Shown: positions 43,284 through 53,854, numbered from the stretch's first letter. The stretch: DNA of 64,000 nucleotides from an uncultured Moraxellaceae bacterium (GCA_964373105.1 CAYJTU010000001.1:5217-69216), one strand, 5' to 3'. The notes: generated by a model from the sequence alone, not told the origin. Numbers and translations: made by a program.

Positions 43284-44768
43284 ATGAAACGTCAGCTTAC
43301 CACGCTTGCGATCGCAGTCATCATGGCGACGGGCAGCTTGAGTGCCAGTGCTTCAAGCCATCGCGAAGCGCCTTCGATTACCAAAAGTCCTAAGGTCGAT
43401 GGGACAGATTTTTATATGTTCAAAAGTTATGAGTCAGGTCGTGCAGGCTATGTCACGCTGATTGCCAACTATTTGCCGTTACAAGATGGCTACGGGGGAC
43501 CCAATTATTTTTCTCTGGATCCTAATGCGCTCTATGAGATTCATATTGATAACAATGGAGATGCCAAAGAAGACGTCACCTTTCAGTTCCGGTTTCAGCA
43601 AACTTTAAAAGACCTTCAAGTGCCCGTGAATGGGCAAATGGTATCTGTGCCGCTATCGAATATCGGGGCAATTACCAATGATGCCAGTTCAGCGCAAAAT
43701 ACCTCTGAAACCTATAGCGTGACCATGGTCAAAGGTGATCGACGCACAGGTGCAAAGACAACACTTGGCACTGGTTTTAAAAAACCTTTTGATAATGTCG
43801 GTAATAAATCCATTGCAAACTATGCTGCTTATGCCAATAGCTTTATTCAACCGATTAACTTCCCAGGCTGTGGGGCCGGCAAGGTATTCGTTGGTCAACG
43901 CAAAGACTCTTTTGCCGTCAACTTGGGTGAGACCTTTGACTTGGTTAATATCAAAGCGCCGGCAACCGAGTTTGATCCAAAAGCCGAAAACAAAGGCTTG
44001 AATACCCTAGAGGATAAAAACGTCACCACGCTAGCTCTTGAGGTGCCCATCGCCTGTTTAACTGCGGGTAGTGAGCCTGTGATCGGGGGCTGGACGACTG
44101 CCAGTTTACGTCAAGGTCGGTTGCTGAACCCAGTACCCGGCAGTGATATAAGCTCAGCGAGCAAGGAAGGCGGCGCATGGACTCAAGTGTCACGTTTAGG
44201 GATGCCACTGGTCAATGAAGTGGTGATTGGACTGAAAGATAAAGATAAGTTTAATGCCAGTAAACCCGCTAATGATGCTCAGTTTGCAACCTATGTCACC
44301 AATCCCACCCTGCCTGCATTGCTCGAGATTCTGTTCAAGAGTGCTGGCGTCAAAGCACCGACCAATTTTCCGCGCACTGACTTAGTCGCAGCGTTTCTGA
44401 CCGGTGTACCCACCTTGAATAAACCTGCCAATGTCGTCGCATCCGAAGAACTGCGCTTAAACACGACTCTGCCCGCGACACCAAAAGCGAGCCAAGAGCG
44501 TCTTGGCGTGATTGGCGGTGACGTTGCTGGATTCCCAAATGGTCGTCGTCCAGGTGATGATGTGGTAGACATTGCCTTACGTGTGGTGATGGGCAAGCTG
44601 TGTACGATCGATGGTGTCAATGCTGCAGTCGGTTGTAAACCAAGTGATGCGCCTGTCGGTGGCCTGCATTTCACTGATGGTGCATGGCAAAGTCCAACGC
44701 AGTTTGCTGAGACGTTCCCGTACTTGAATGCACCGATTGCAGGCTCTCCAAACCCTGCGAACAAATAA
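43284..44768 (+). CDS. DUF4331-domain secreted protein
   Basis: Signal peptide then SSHREAP, D.TDFYMF, QVSRLGMPLVNE, GFPNGRRPGDDVVD. Confidence 0.88.
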   Translation: MKRQLTTLAIAVIMATGSLSASASSHREAPSITKSPKVDGTDFYMFKSYESGRAGYVTLIANYLPLQDGYGGPNYFSLDPNALYEIHIDNNGDAKEDVTFQFRFQQTLKDLQVPVNGQMVSVPLSNIGAITNDASSAQNTSETYSVTMVKGDRRTGAKTTLGTGFKKPFDNVGNKSIANYAAYANSFIQPINFPGCGAGKVFVGQRKDSFAVNLGETFDLVNIKAPATEFDPKAENKGLNTLEDKNVTTLALEVPIACLTAGSEPVIGGWTTASLRQGRLLNPVPGSDISSASKEGGAWTQVSRLGMPLVNEVVIGLKDKDKFNASKPANDAQFATYVTNPTLPALLEILFKSAGVKAPTNFPRTDLVAAFLTGVPTLNKPANVVASEELRLNTTLPATPKASQERLGVIGGDVAGFPNGRRPGDDVVDIALRVVMGKLCTIDGVNAAVGCKPSDAPVGGLHFTDGAWQSPTQFAETFPYLNAPIAGSPNPANK

Positions 44769-44799
44769 GTGCAATCCCATCTCATGAAGGAGAACTATC

Positions 44800-45057
44800 A
44801 TGCGCTTTAAGTTGATTATGCCACTGGGTTTGTTGCTCTCGACGACGGTTTTTTTGGCCAGTTGTAGTCGAAGTGATTCGGACAGTACATCTTATAACTT
44901 TATCCCAACCCCATCGACGGATGATCCCTTTATCACTCTCGTTCGGCAACAGACCGATACGCCGAGTGCGCTGTCGGATGAATCTGAGCCGATAGACATT
45001 GTCAGACTGGTTGCAACATCCCCAGAAGATAATGAGCCTCAATTGGTTAAGTTCTAA
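44800..45057 (+). CDS. Small lipoprotein associated with DUF4331
   Basis: Lipobox FLASC; SD ggag upstream; SDESEPIDI segment. Confidence 0.75.
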   Translation: MRFKLIMPLGLLLSTTVFLASCSRSDSDSTSYNFIPTPSTDDPFITLVRQQTDTPSALSDESEPIDIVRLVATSPEDNEPQLVKF

Positions 45058-45072
45058 ATCATCTCGGTGTCG

Positions 45073-45103
45073 ACGCGATTGAGTACGCGGTATTCAATCG
45101 CGT
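45073..45103 (+). terminator. Strong intra-operon hairpin without a U-tract
   Basis: acgcgattgagtac-gcg-gtattcaatcgcgt. Confidence 0.55.
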
Positions 45104-45163
45104 TATGCATATCTTCCATAGTGACTTAAAGACTGAATTTAAAGCATCGTCAAAGGGCCATAT

Positions 45164-46324
45164 ATGAGGCAAATATCAAGTTGGGTCATGCTGCTCACGA
45201 TCAGTTTGATGGCCATCGCATCAACAGATGTGAGAGCTGCACCTTTTCGTCCGACCCAAGATCATGTGGTGATCGATACATTGCCTGTGGGTAGCCCCAC
45301 GTTTCAATCTCGGACACGCATGATGTCAACGACAAAGCAGCCTTTTAGTACAGTTGAACCTCAAATTCGTGCGCTATTACGCCAGTCTTATACACAGGGC
45401 GATCCGCGCGCGCTGGGCCAAGCGGAGTCACTTTTAGAGCCTTATCGCAATGATATTTCTCCAACTGTACGCATCCTACGCGCAAACATCTTTCAGGCCA
45501 GTCACCGTTTCGATGAAGCCCGACTTGAGTTACAGGCGATTTTAAAAAATATACCCAATCAGCCTGATGCATTATTGATGTTGTCTTCCATCGATCTGGT
45601 TCAGGGGCATTTTGATGTAGCGCGCAGTAGTTGTGATCAATTGCGCGATATGGGGTTATTGGTATTACGCTTAGCCTGCTATGCACAAGTGGATGCAATG
45701 ACGGGTAAACTACAATATAGCCGTGATACGTTGTTGAAATTATTACAGATGAATAGTGGACTCACGGTAGAGCAACAACGTTGGATGAATCTGATTTTGG
45801 CAGATATCGCGCTGCGTTTAGACGATGCAGTGCTTGCGAAATCTGTCTTTGAGCAATTGGATATCGAGACGGCACCGTCACTGATGGCCCGTGCAGATTG
45901 GTTACTTGCACATCATGAGTGGGCAAAAACACAACAATTGCTTGCCAACCATACTGATAACGACAGTTTACTGCTCCGTTTGGTCATGAGCGAAGTTCGA
46001 TTGAAAGATCCACTAGCAATATCGCATTTCAGACTGCTGGGTTCGCGAATTCTAGTTTGGAAGGAGCGCGGTGAAACCGCGCACCAACGAGAAGAAGCCA
46101 TGTATGCCTTGATGCTAAGCCCTCCAGAAAAATCACTGACGCTTGCCCGTGCGAATTGGCAGAAACAGCGTGAAACTGCAGATGTGGCTGTTTATGCCAA
46201 TGCTGCTATATATGCTCATAGCCGGTCTGATTTGCGCGTTATTCAAGATTGGATCAAAGAAACGGGGTTTGAATACCCAAGGCTGAGCCAAGTCATTACT
46301 CAATCTTTACAGGCAGGACAGTAA
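45164..46324 (+). CDS. Secreted TPR-repeat protein
   Basis: Signal peptide and helical repeats such as RANIFQASHRFDEARLEL and PDALLMLSSIDLVQGHFDVA. Confidence 0.8.
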   Translation: MRQISSWVMLLTISLMAIASTDVRAAPFRPTQDHVVIDTLPVGSPTFQSRTRMMSTTKQPFSTVEPQIRALLRQSYTQGDPRALGQAESLLEPYRNDISPTVRILRANIFQASHRFDEARLELQAILKNIPNQPDALLMLSSIDLVQGHFDVARSSCDQLRDMGLLVLRLACYAQVDAMTGKLQYSRDTLLKLLQMNSGLTVEQQRWMNLILADIALRLDDAVLAKSVFEQLDIETAPSLMARADWLLAHHEWAKTQQLLANHTDNDSLLLRLVMSEVRLKDPLAISHFRLLGSRILVWKERGETAHQREEAMYALMLSPPEKSLTLARANWQKQRETADVAVYANAAIYAHSRSDLRVIQDWIKETGFEYPRLSQVITQSLQAGQ

Positions 46325-46326
46325 TC

Positions 46327-47538
46327 ATGGCGCATGTCTCATTAGATCGTTATGGGCGCCTGATTCCGCTCATTCTTGTTTTTTTTGTCATGGTATGGTC
46401 CCACGTCGCTTACGCGCATCAATCCAGCACGGCGTATCTAACGATCACCAGCACGTCAAAAAGTCCAAAAGTGACGGCTGAATATCGATTGGCGATTCGT
46501 GATTTGGCACTGCTTGTTCCTCTTCAAATGGATCAAAATCGATCGATCACGTGGGGGGCGCTTAAAGCTCAGAGTCCCGCGATCAATCAGCTCTTGGTCC
46601 AAGATATGCAGTGGCAAACTGGCCAAAACCCATGTCGAATGACAAGTCAGCGTGAACCACTGGCACTGGATCATATGGCCGGTATGCCATATGTGGTGAT
46701 TTATCTGGGGGTGGATTGCGGGTCAAAACCGCCGACTACCCTGAATTACCAGATTCTTAAGCATATCGATAGCGGTCACCGTTTGATTATCAGTATCCAT
46801 GATCCACAGCAGGCACAACACAGCCGCAGTTGGTTGGTTGCTCCGAGTACAATTTCACTGTTTGCTCCCGATGGCAGTCTGCAAGAGACTTTTCAGACCT
46901 ATGTCCGCGAAGGCATTCATCATATTTTGACCGGATACGATCATTTGCTTTTTTTACTCTGTTTGCTGTTGCCCGCGGTCTATGTACATAGCAAAGCAAC
47001 ACGAGGGCTGGATAATCGTCAAGCGCATCATCAGGATAGTCATTGGATTCCGATTCAAGCGCCGATGAGTGCGGTGTGGCATACCTTATCTATCGCCACT
47101 GCCTTCACATTGGCACATTCAATCACCCTCAGCTTGGCGGCACTCAATGTGATTTCATTACCGTCGCGACTTGTTGAGTCGGTGATTGCTTTTTCGATTG
47201 CGCTGGCGGCGTTGAATAATTTACGGCCGATGTTTGGTACACGCTATATTCGTTTGGCCTTTTTCTTTGGCTTGATCCACGGTTTTGGCTTTGCGAGTGC
47301 ACTCTCTGACTTGCCGATTGGGACGGGTAGCCGTGTCTTGGCATTGTTCTCATTTAATCTGGGCATAGAGCTGGGGCAAATGACTTGTATTTTAATATTC
47401 TTGCCGATTGCTCTGGCTTTAAGACACAGTCTGTTCTATCGTCAAATTATGTTCAAAGGGGGGTCTGTGGTTGCCTGTATCTTAGCGCTGCTGTGGATGA
47501 CACAGCGTATATTTGACTTAAATTGGATACCCGGATGA
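46327..47538 (+). CDS. HupE/UreJ-family protein with N-terminal periplasmic domain
   Basis: AH at the mature N-terminus; EGIHHILTGYDHLLFL, TAFTLAHSITL, GLIHGFGFA, FNLGIELGQ. Confidence 0.88.
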   Translation: MAHVSLDRYGRLIPLILVFFVMVWSHVAYAHQSSTAYLTITSTSKSPKVTAEYRLAIRDLALLVPLQMDQNRSITWGALKAQSPAINQLLVQDMQWQTGQNPCRMTSQREPLALDHMAGMPYVVIYLGVDCGSKPPTTLNYQILKHIDSGHRLIISIHDPQQAQHSRSWLVAPSTISLFAPDGSLQETFQTYVREGIHHILTGYDHLLFLLCLLLPAVYVHSKATRGLDNRQAHHQDSHWIPIQAPMSAVWHTLSIATAFTLAHSITLSLAALNVISLPSRLVESVIAFSIALAALNNLRPMFGTRYIRLAFFFGLIHGFGFASALSDLPIGTGSRVLALFSFNLGIELGQMTCILIFLPIALALRHSLFYRQIMFKGGSVVACILALLWMTQRIFDLNWIPG

Positions 47539-48086
47539 TGTTCGCACCACTTGCAGATGAACGAACTTTATTGTTGCAAATAGGGCAAGGCAACCGCCAG
47601 GCTTTTCGTCAGCTCTACGATCAAACCTCACCACACTTGTTTGCGGTGGCGTTACGGCTTTTACGCAAACGAGATATCGCCGAAGAGGTCTTACAAGAAG
47701 TCTTTTTGACCCTCTGGCATGCAGCGGATCAGTACGACATTGAGCGTGGTTCGGTACGGACTTGGCTATCCACGATCACGCGTAATCGCTGTATAGACCG
47801 AATTCGCCGCACCCCTGTGGAGACACTGCCACTGCTCGATGAGGATGCTTTGGCATCAGAGAAAGATGATCCGCTCACGCATGTGCTAGACCAAGATCAT
47901 CATGCCCTGCTATCGGTCTGTTTAGGGGAGCTGGATGAGCAACAACGCCACTGTGTCTCACTGGCTTTCTTTGATGGCATGACCCATCAGGAGGTGGCGA
48001 CCCATTTGACAGTGCCCCTTGGTTCCGCGAAAACATGGATTCGCCGCGGTTTAGATTTTTTAAAGAAATGCATGGGAGCCGTATAA
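47535..48086 (+). CDS. ECF sigma-70 factor (SigK-like)
   Basis: AEEVLQEVF, WLSTITRNRCIDRIR, GMTHQEVA...LGSAKTWIRRG; ATGA overlap with the HupE stop. Confidence 0.93.
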   Translation: MMFAPLADERTLLLQIGQGNRQAFRQLYDQTSPHLFAVALRLLRKRDIAEEVLQEVFLTLWHAADQYDIERGSVRTWLSTITRNRCIDRIRRTPVETLPLLDEDALASEKDDPLTHVLDQDHHALLSVCLGELDEQQRHCVSLAFFDGMTHQEVATHLTVPLGSAKTWIRRGLDFLKKCMGAV

Positions 48087-48088
48087 TT

Positions 48089-48850
48089 ATGACTCTACAA
48101 GATGATGTTTTGGATGGCACTGAGCCGCCTTTTAACCTGATCGCCGCTCAATATGTACTGGGGACCTTATCCGCATCAGCGCGCTTACGCTTTCAAGCCC
48201 GCCTTCAACAGGAGCCTGAGCTACGGGCTTTAACCCACGCATGGGAGCGGCGTTTGAACCCCTTGACCAATCTCTTGGAGCCGCAAGACGTGCCCCCTGA
48301 AGTTTGGCAGAAAATTGAGGCGCGTCTTGATGGGGTTACATCTGTACAACGACCTACCGTTCAACCGCCTATTTTGGGATCTGCGGCGAATGACAGCTAT
48401 TGGAAGCCTTGGGCATGGGCCAGTTCGGCGATTGCAGCAGGTCTTGTGCTCTTTATCTTCGTACGACCCGATGGGATCACGCCGCAGCCACCTGTGATGA
48501 GCGCTCAAGTACAGCCAGTCAGTCGTGATGTGGCAGTGCTGAGCACCGATAAAAGTGCACCTGCATGGATTGTCCGCCAGCAAGGGCAAACGCTGGTCCT
48601 GAGTGCCTTGGATACCGCAGTTGTTCCTTCTGATCGTGATTTGGAGCTGTGGAGTATTCAGGGGAATGCCGCTCCGCATTCTCTCGGTGTGTTGCATCTC
48701 AAAAATGGCCAAGCGACACTGCCACAAGTCGCAGCAGATTTGATCACGAAAGACAGCACGCTGGCGATCAGTTTAGAGCCCAAGAATGGTTCACCGACGG
48801 GTCAACCGACTGGCACGGTGTTGTATACAGGGAAAGTGGTGGCGGCATAA
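48089..48850 (+). CDS. RskA-type anti-sigma factor
   Basis: AAQYVLGTL N-terminus, one TM, C-terminal DLELWSI and LAISLEPKNGSPTGQPTGTV. Confidence 0.9.
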   Translation: MTLQDDVLDGTEPPFNLIAAQYVLGTLSASARLRFQARLQQEPELRALTHAWERRLNPLTNLLEPQDVPPEVWQKIEARLDGVTSVQRPTVQPPILGSAANDSYWKPWAWASSAIAAGLVLFIFVRPDGITPQPPVMSAQVQPVSRDVAVLSTDKSAPAWIVRQQGQTLVLSALDTAVVPSDRDLELWSIQGNAAPHSLGVLHLKNGQATLPQVAADLITKDSTLAISLEPKNGSPTGQPTGTVLYTGKVVAA

Positions 48851-48914
48851 TCGGCTTGTTGATCGGGAAAGTCTTTTCAAGATTGAAGCAGTCATATCGT
48901 AATGGTCGAGTTAT

Positions 48915-48949
48915 AAAAAGGGAGAGCATCAATAATGCTCTCCCTTTTT
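48915..48949. terminator. Bidirectional terminator between rskA-like and DUF4394 genes
   Basis: aaaaagggagagcat-caata-atgctctcccttttt. Confidence 0.88.
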
Positions 48950-48975
48950 CAATGTTTGGCCTGCTGAATCAGCGG

Positions 48976-50733
48976 TTATTTGACGACGCGTATAGCCAAG
49001 TCTTTTAACACTATGGGTGTGGTCCCGCCGATCGGTGTCGTGCCGACTTGTGTGGCCGCACCGGTTTGTAAGTTGATCCGATATAGATTCGAACGACCTG
49101 TGACGGTCAGTGCCGCATAGGTAACTGTATTGCCAATATTGATGCCGATTTCTGCCGGTGTCGCTGCATCGATACCCGCGCCTCCAATGATATCCATCCC
49201 ACTATTTTGACTATCAGCGATGATGCCTAAACTGCCAATAACCACTTGGGTGCCGCTATTGGGTGGGTTTTGGTATTTCAATTGATTACTGGTTGGGTCA
49301 ATCACATATAGGCGTGTGGTGAGAGCACCATCAAAATTGTTGGTGTATGCGGCAGAACCACTGTTTCCTGCAGGGGTGATTGCGCCATCACTGATGACGT
49401 TATAGCCTGAGACATCAGCAGGGAAGGTGAGGCGGAAGTTTTCATGTGCATTGTTGAGGATACGCAGCGCATTGGGGACTGGATTGAAGTCCACGCCAAA
49501 ATTAGTCGCAGCGGGGTTAAACAGTAAGTTTTGCCCTGCATTTGCACTGATCAATGTTGCCACTGCGCTAGAACGATTGACCTCATAGATAGCGCCGGCA
49601 TGCGTTAGCGTATGACGGGTGACGATCGTGAGTGCGCCCGTTTTTGGGCGAATGTCCATACCTACAATGCTTTCATTTGCACCGATTCCCGTGATGGTTG
49701 TTGGGCTACTGATTAAGGTTGTAATACCCGCTGCATTGGGTCTAAAACTAACCAGTTGATTGCTGGTGGTGAGTCCATAGGCGATTGCGGGTGCCGGTGT
49801 GGGGATCGCGATGTCCACTACCAATTGACCTTTGGGTGCTTGAATTGTTCCGACACAACTCGCGGATCCTGTCGCAAGATTTATTGAATAAAGGCCAGTC
49901 GATGTGGTTTTGGCGACATTGAGTGCCGCTAATCCAACTCCAGTGACGCCGTCAATATCAAAACCTGCACGATCGTTAAAAGTGACCCCCAATGCGCCTA
50001 CTGAGGTGATTGAACCTGTATTTGGATTAGTCGACCCATCAATGCCGCCTTGTAGCACGAGGCTTCCTGACATCGAGTCGAGCAGATATAACGTTGTGAC
50101 GGGCGCCCCTGTGAAGCTATTGGTATAGGCTGCAGAAACGAGATGACCCACTGGCGTGAGGGCAGAGTCCACATTGACGGCATAAGATGTCAAGTCTGAG
50201 CTAAACACCAAACGATAATTTTCTTCAGCGTCACTGACGATGCGAAGCGCCCCGGGAACAGGGTTGAAGTCGATTCCAAAGCGTGTCCCTTTTAAATCTA
50301 ATCCAGTTGCGCCTGTGCGGGTCAATAGCGTTGCTTGACCTGTGGTGAGGTCTATCGTATAGAGTTGACCTACCGATCCTAATTTAGCTAAGGCGATGAG
50401 TTTGCTATCTGCTGGCCGATAGTCGATCGCCACCACACTTTCTCCAGCTTGTAAGCCTGAAATGGTGATGGGTACGCTGCCTGTTGCGGTATTCGGCGTA
50501 AACTGCACCAGCTTGCCACTTTCCGTGAGTGCTGTGACCGTTGCAGGTAAACCGACGGGTAAGGGGCTGACGGCGGTACACGCCGAATCAGGGGTAAGAT
50601 TAGGGTTTGTGTCAATAGGTCCAACGACTGCATCCATATCGTCATCGCTTCCACATGCTGCGAGTGACAAGATTAAAGCAGTGATTAGACCCAGCCTAAA
50701 ATGGTTTTGAGAGATCAAATTTATCGTTCTCAT
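48976..50733 (-). CDS. Lipoprotein with two tandem DUF4394-like domains
   Basis: Lipobox LAAC; duplicated ID/MDxRP...GxDFNPVPxALR...AAYTNxF motifs. Confidence 0.8.
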   Translation of the reverse strand: MRTINLISQNHFRLGLITALILSLAACGSDDDMDAVVGPIDTNPNLTPDSACTAVSPLPVGLPATVTALTESGKLVQFTPNTATGSVPITISGLQAGESVVAIDYRPADSKLIALAKLGSVGQLYTIDLTTGQATLLTRTGATGLDLKGTRFGIDFNPVPGALRIVSDAEENYRLVFSSDLTSYAVNVDSALTPVGHLVSAAYTNSFTGAPVTTLYLLDSMSGSLVLQGGIDGSTNPNTGSITSVGALGVTFNDRAGFDIDGVTGVGLAALNVAKTTSTGLYSINLATGSASCVGTIQAPKGQLVVDIAIPTPAPAIAYGLTTSNQLVSFRPNAAGITTLISSPTTITGIGANESIVGMDIRPKTGALTIVTRHTLTHAGAIYEVNRSSAVATLISANAGQNLLFNPAATNFGVDFNPVPNALRILNNAHENFRLTFPADVSGYNVISDGAITPAGNSGSAAYTNNFDGALTTRLYVIDPTSNQLKYQNPPNSGTQVVIGSLGIIADSQNSGMDIIGGAGIDAATPAEIGINIGNTVTYAALTVTGRSNLYRINLQTGAATQVGTTPIGGTTPIVLKDLAIRVVK

Positions 50734-50930
50734 GAGAATTATTCCTTTTAATGTTTTAAATTTTTAATCAAGTGGGATACACAAAAACATAGAACATACT
50801 TTGATCGTCAGCTGCGCTTGTAACTCACGATGAATGGCTAGCAATGATCTTTCCTTACATTCGATAGCGCCAAAAAACGTGTGACGCATTCGAACTTTTT
50901 TCTCATGAATCGCCTGTATTCATGTTGACC

Positions 50931-53078
50931 CTAAAAATTCACTCTCAAACTGACGCGCACGGCACGAGATTCAGCAGGGTGCAGATGTTTATCCAAGAAA
51001 CCTTCACGACTTGTCGCATTGGCATTACATGCGGATGTTGTGGATTCGCTGCGTAGGCAGGAGGCATAGAGATATTCAATATCATTGACCTGACGATTGA
51101 GTAGATTCAGGATTTCCAGCTTGCCTAGAAAGTGCTTAGAGAATTGATAACCCACTTGGGCATTGACCAATGTCGACGCTGCAGAGCGGATACTATTGTC
51201 TTCATTCAGTGGCCGTGGTCCAAAGTAGCGTAGCCGTAGACCCGCTGACCACGGACTATTTGGGGTATAGGCGATGCCCATAGATGCGGTCGTGGCGATT
51301 GCATCAGGGATATGGTTGCCTGCTGGATCGGCATCAGTAAATTTGGCTTGAGAAAAGGCGGTATCCACATCAACCTGCCATGATTTGGACGGCTGATAGT
51401 AATTGGTCCATTCAATCCCACGGCGACGGCTGGGGCGACTGGCTTCAGTCGTACCTGCATCGCCGACAAAGACCAGCTCTGAATCAGAATTCAACTGCCA
51501 TAGCGCCACGGTACTGTGCAGGTGCGGCAGTATTTCGGTACGGAATCCCAATTCTCCACCCTTGGTTCGGACAAGGGGCGAGACGGAATCGACTGGAGAG
51601 AGGTAGCCTGCATCACGCGGATCAGGGTTGATCCGTAGTGTGGTTCCCCGTGCATCGTTACTGTGAAATCCATAACCATAGTTGATGTAATATTCTGTTT
51701 TTTCAAAGGGACCAAAGATAAAGCCTATTTTAGGACTGGTTTTATGCGCATAGCGGTTGCCACTGTTCTGGGCAATATTGGCATCGACATCAAAATAATA
51801 AAAATCACTGCGTAAACCGAGAATACTGCGGAAGTAGGGTGTCCAATGGATCGTATTTTCGGCATAGAGTGCGGCGCTTGTTTCATTGACTTGGTCATCG
51901 CTGACCGTTGCATAGCGGACACGGTTCTCGGTCAGAAATAACCCATCACTGCTGATGGCATCATGGCGAGCGCTGATGCCGAGTTTATTCTGCATCGGGT
52001 AGCTGAACACATTGCCAAAGAAGCTCTGCTCATAACGCCCGCCAAAAATATTACGTTTATCGAGTTGCTCAAATTGGTCACCTCGGATCGGATTGTTCAG
52101 AAAATAGGTAAAATCAGAGAATAAATTGAGCTTGTAGTGCAGGGCAAACAGATCCAGTTTACGCTGTCCCGTGAGTGTAGTATCCGCCCAATTAAAGGTC
52201 AGTGCGGTACGTTTTGTTTCCCCACCATCGCTGGGGTTCAATGAGCCGTATCGCCCGATGACGCCATCGTCAATGGCACGTTGAGCGACCTGATCGGTAG
52301 ATCCCCAGTCGGATTGATAGTGGCTAAGTGCCAGCGACCAGCCGTTATTTAAGCTGCCACGGCTATAGCGTAGTTGAACATTTTGTTTTTTTGAGTTTTC
52401 GGCGACATCCCATGGTCCATCTGAATGTGAGGCATCTACAGCGCCCAGTAATTGACCGCCCAGATACTCAGTGGATCCTGCGGCTAGAAACCGCGCATAG
52501 CCGAAAGATCCAGCCGTAAGTTCGACGAAATTCTCTTTAAGTTGACGCATTTGCTCAATCCGCACACTGCCTGCGGATGCAAAGTCACCATCGGCAGCAT
52601 TGTACGGTCCTTTACGATATTGGATGAAATTGACCAGTTCTGGAATGATAAAGTTGAGATCGCTGTAGCCTTGTCCATGGGCATGACTTGGCATATTCAC
52701 CGGTGCGCCATCTACAAAACTGGCGAGATCAGTGCCATGATCGAGATTAAAGCCACGCAGGAAATATTGATTGGCTTTGCCATCCCCACTATGTTGGGTC
52801 ACGATTAAGCCAGGCACGGTTTCAAGAATTTCTGCGGGTCTTAGCAAGGGTCGATTTTTGAGTTGTGCTTGGGTAATGGTGCCTTGAGAAGCGGTATCTG
52901 CAATTCCAAGCAGATTGGGGGTCCGCGTTGCGGTCACTGTGACGCCCGGCAGTGAGGCTTCTTCGATTTGATTGTTATCCAGCGGCAGACCTCCTGCATG
53001 CACGTGAAAGGCACAGCAAAAAGGAAGGAAGGCTTGCCAGCTTCGTAGTCTGGATTGGATAATGAGCCGCGACATCAT
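50931..53078 (-). CDS. TonB-dependent receptor
   Basis: VTVTATR TonB box; plug VPGLIVTQHSGDGKANQYFLRGFNLDHGTD; C-terminal Phe. Confidence 0.92.
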   Translation of the reverse strand: MMSRLIIQSRLRSWQAFLPFCCAFHVHAGGLPLDNNQIEEASLPGVTVTATRTPNLLGIADTASQGTITQAQLKNRPLLRPAEILETVPGLIVTQHSGDGKANQYFLRGFNLDHGTDLASFVDGAPVNMPSHAHGQGYSDLNFIIPELVNFIQYRKGPYNAADGDFASAGSVRIEQMRQLKENFVELTAGSFGYARFLAAGSTEYLGGQLLGAVDASHSDGPWDVAENSKKQNVQLRYSRGSLNNGWSLALSHYQSDWGSTDQVAQRAIDDGVIGRYGSLNPSDGGETKRTALTFNWADTTLTGQRKLDLFALHYKLNLFSDFTYFLNNPIRGDQFEQLDKRNIFGGRYEQSFFGNVFSYPMQNKLGISARHDAISSDGLFLTENRVRYATVSDDQVNETSAALYAENTIHWTPYFRSILGLRSDFYYFDVDANIAQNSGNRYAHKTSPKIGFIFGPFEKTEYYINYGYGFHSNDARGTTLRINPDPRDAGYLSPVDSVSPLVRTKGGELGFRTEILPHLHSTVALWQLNSDSELVFVGDAGTTEASRPSRRRGIEWTNYYQPSKSWQVDVDTAFSQAKFTDADPAGNHIPDAIATTASMGIAYTPNSPWSAGLRLRYFGPRPLNEDNSIRSAASTLVNAQVGYQFSKHFLGKLEILNLLNRQVNDIEYLYASCLRSESTTSACNANATSREGFLDKHLHPAESRAVRVSLRVNF

Positions 53079-53290
53079 AAAATTTTTCCTAATTTATAGT
53101 TTTACATGACATTACTAGAAAAATAATTTATAAAACAATGCTTTATTTTTATTATCTGGATTAGTGCGCGTCTTTACCATACGAAGAATAACGTAGTGTA
53201 TGCAACACATTGATCTGCATAACTGCACTTACCTGCAAAATCAGGCTATCTACAATAGAAGCCTGATGGGCTCATCATCTGCTCATAATG

Positions 53291-53854
53291 TTATTTGGGC
53301 ATCAATACTGTATCGATGACATCAATCACACCATTTGATTGATAGACGTCATACGTGGTGATGTTGGCATAGCCACCTTTTTCATCCCAAACGAGGATGT
53401 TGTGCTTGCCATTCATGCTGAAGGTTAAGGTGCCGCCGCTTGCGGTTTTAAGCGTTGCTTTACCCTGTTCTTTGGCAATCAGTTTAGACAGTGCCGCAAA
53501 GTCATATTTACCCGGAACCACATGGTAGGTCAGGATTTTGGTCAGGGTATCTTTGTTTTCTGGTTTGAGCAGCGTCTCTACAGTGCCTGCGGGGAGCTTG
53601 GCAAAGGCAGCATTGGTCGGTGCAAACACCGTGAAAGGTCCTTTGCTTTTGAGCGTGTCCACCAGACCAGCCGCTTTAACCGCCGCGACCAATGTGGTGT
53701 GGTCAGCCGAGTTGACTGCATTGTCCACGATGTCTTTGCTCGGGAGCATGCTTTGACCACCGACCAGCACAGTGCTTTCAGCCAAGGCAACATTTGCCAA
53801 AGTCATCGATGCAGTCAGGGCTAGGGCTAAAGATAATTTGTTCATGGGGTTCAT
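53291..53854 (-). CDS. Fasciclin (FAS1)-domain secreted protein
   Basis: TTLVAAVKAAGLVDTL, GPFTVFAPTNAAF, ILTYHVVPG, NGVIDVIDTVL. Confidence 0.95.
   Translation of the reverse strand: MNPMNKLSLALALTASMTLANVALAESTVLVGGQSMLPSKDIVDNAVNSADHTTLVAAVKAAGLVDTLKSKGPFTVFAPTNAAFAKLPAGTVETLLKPENKDTLTKILTYHVVPGKYDFAALSKLIAKEQGKATLKTASGGTLTFSMNGKHNILVWDEKGGYANITTYDVYQSNGVIDVIDTVLMPK

Noticed and set aside
53179-53206. Third copy of the ECF motif upstream of the TonB receptor (TGCATAC...CGTA, minus strand)
   Set aside because: Spacer is 14 rather than 16 and the -35 has two mismatches.
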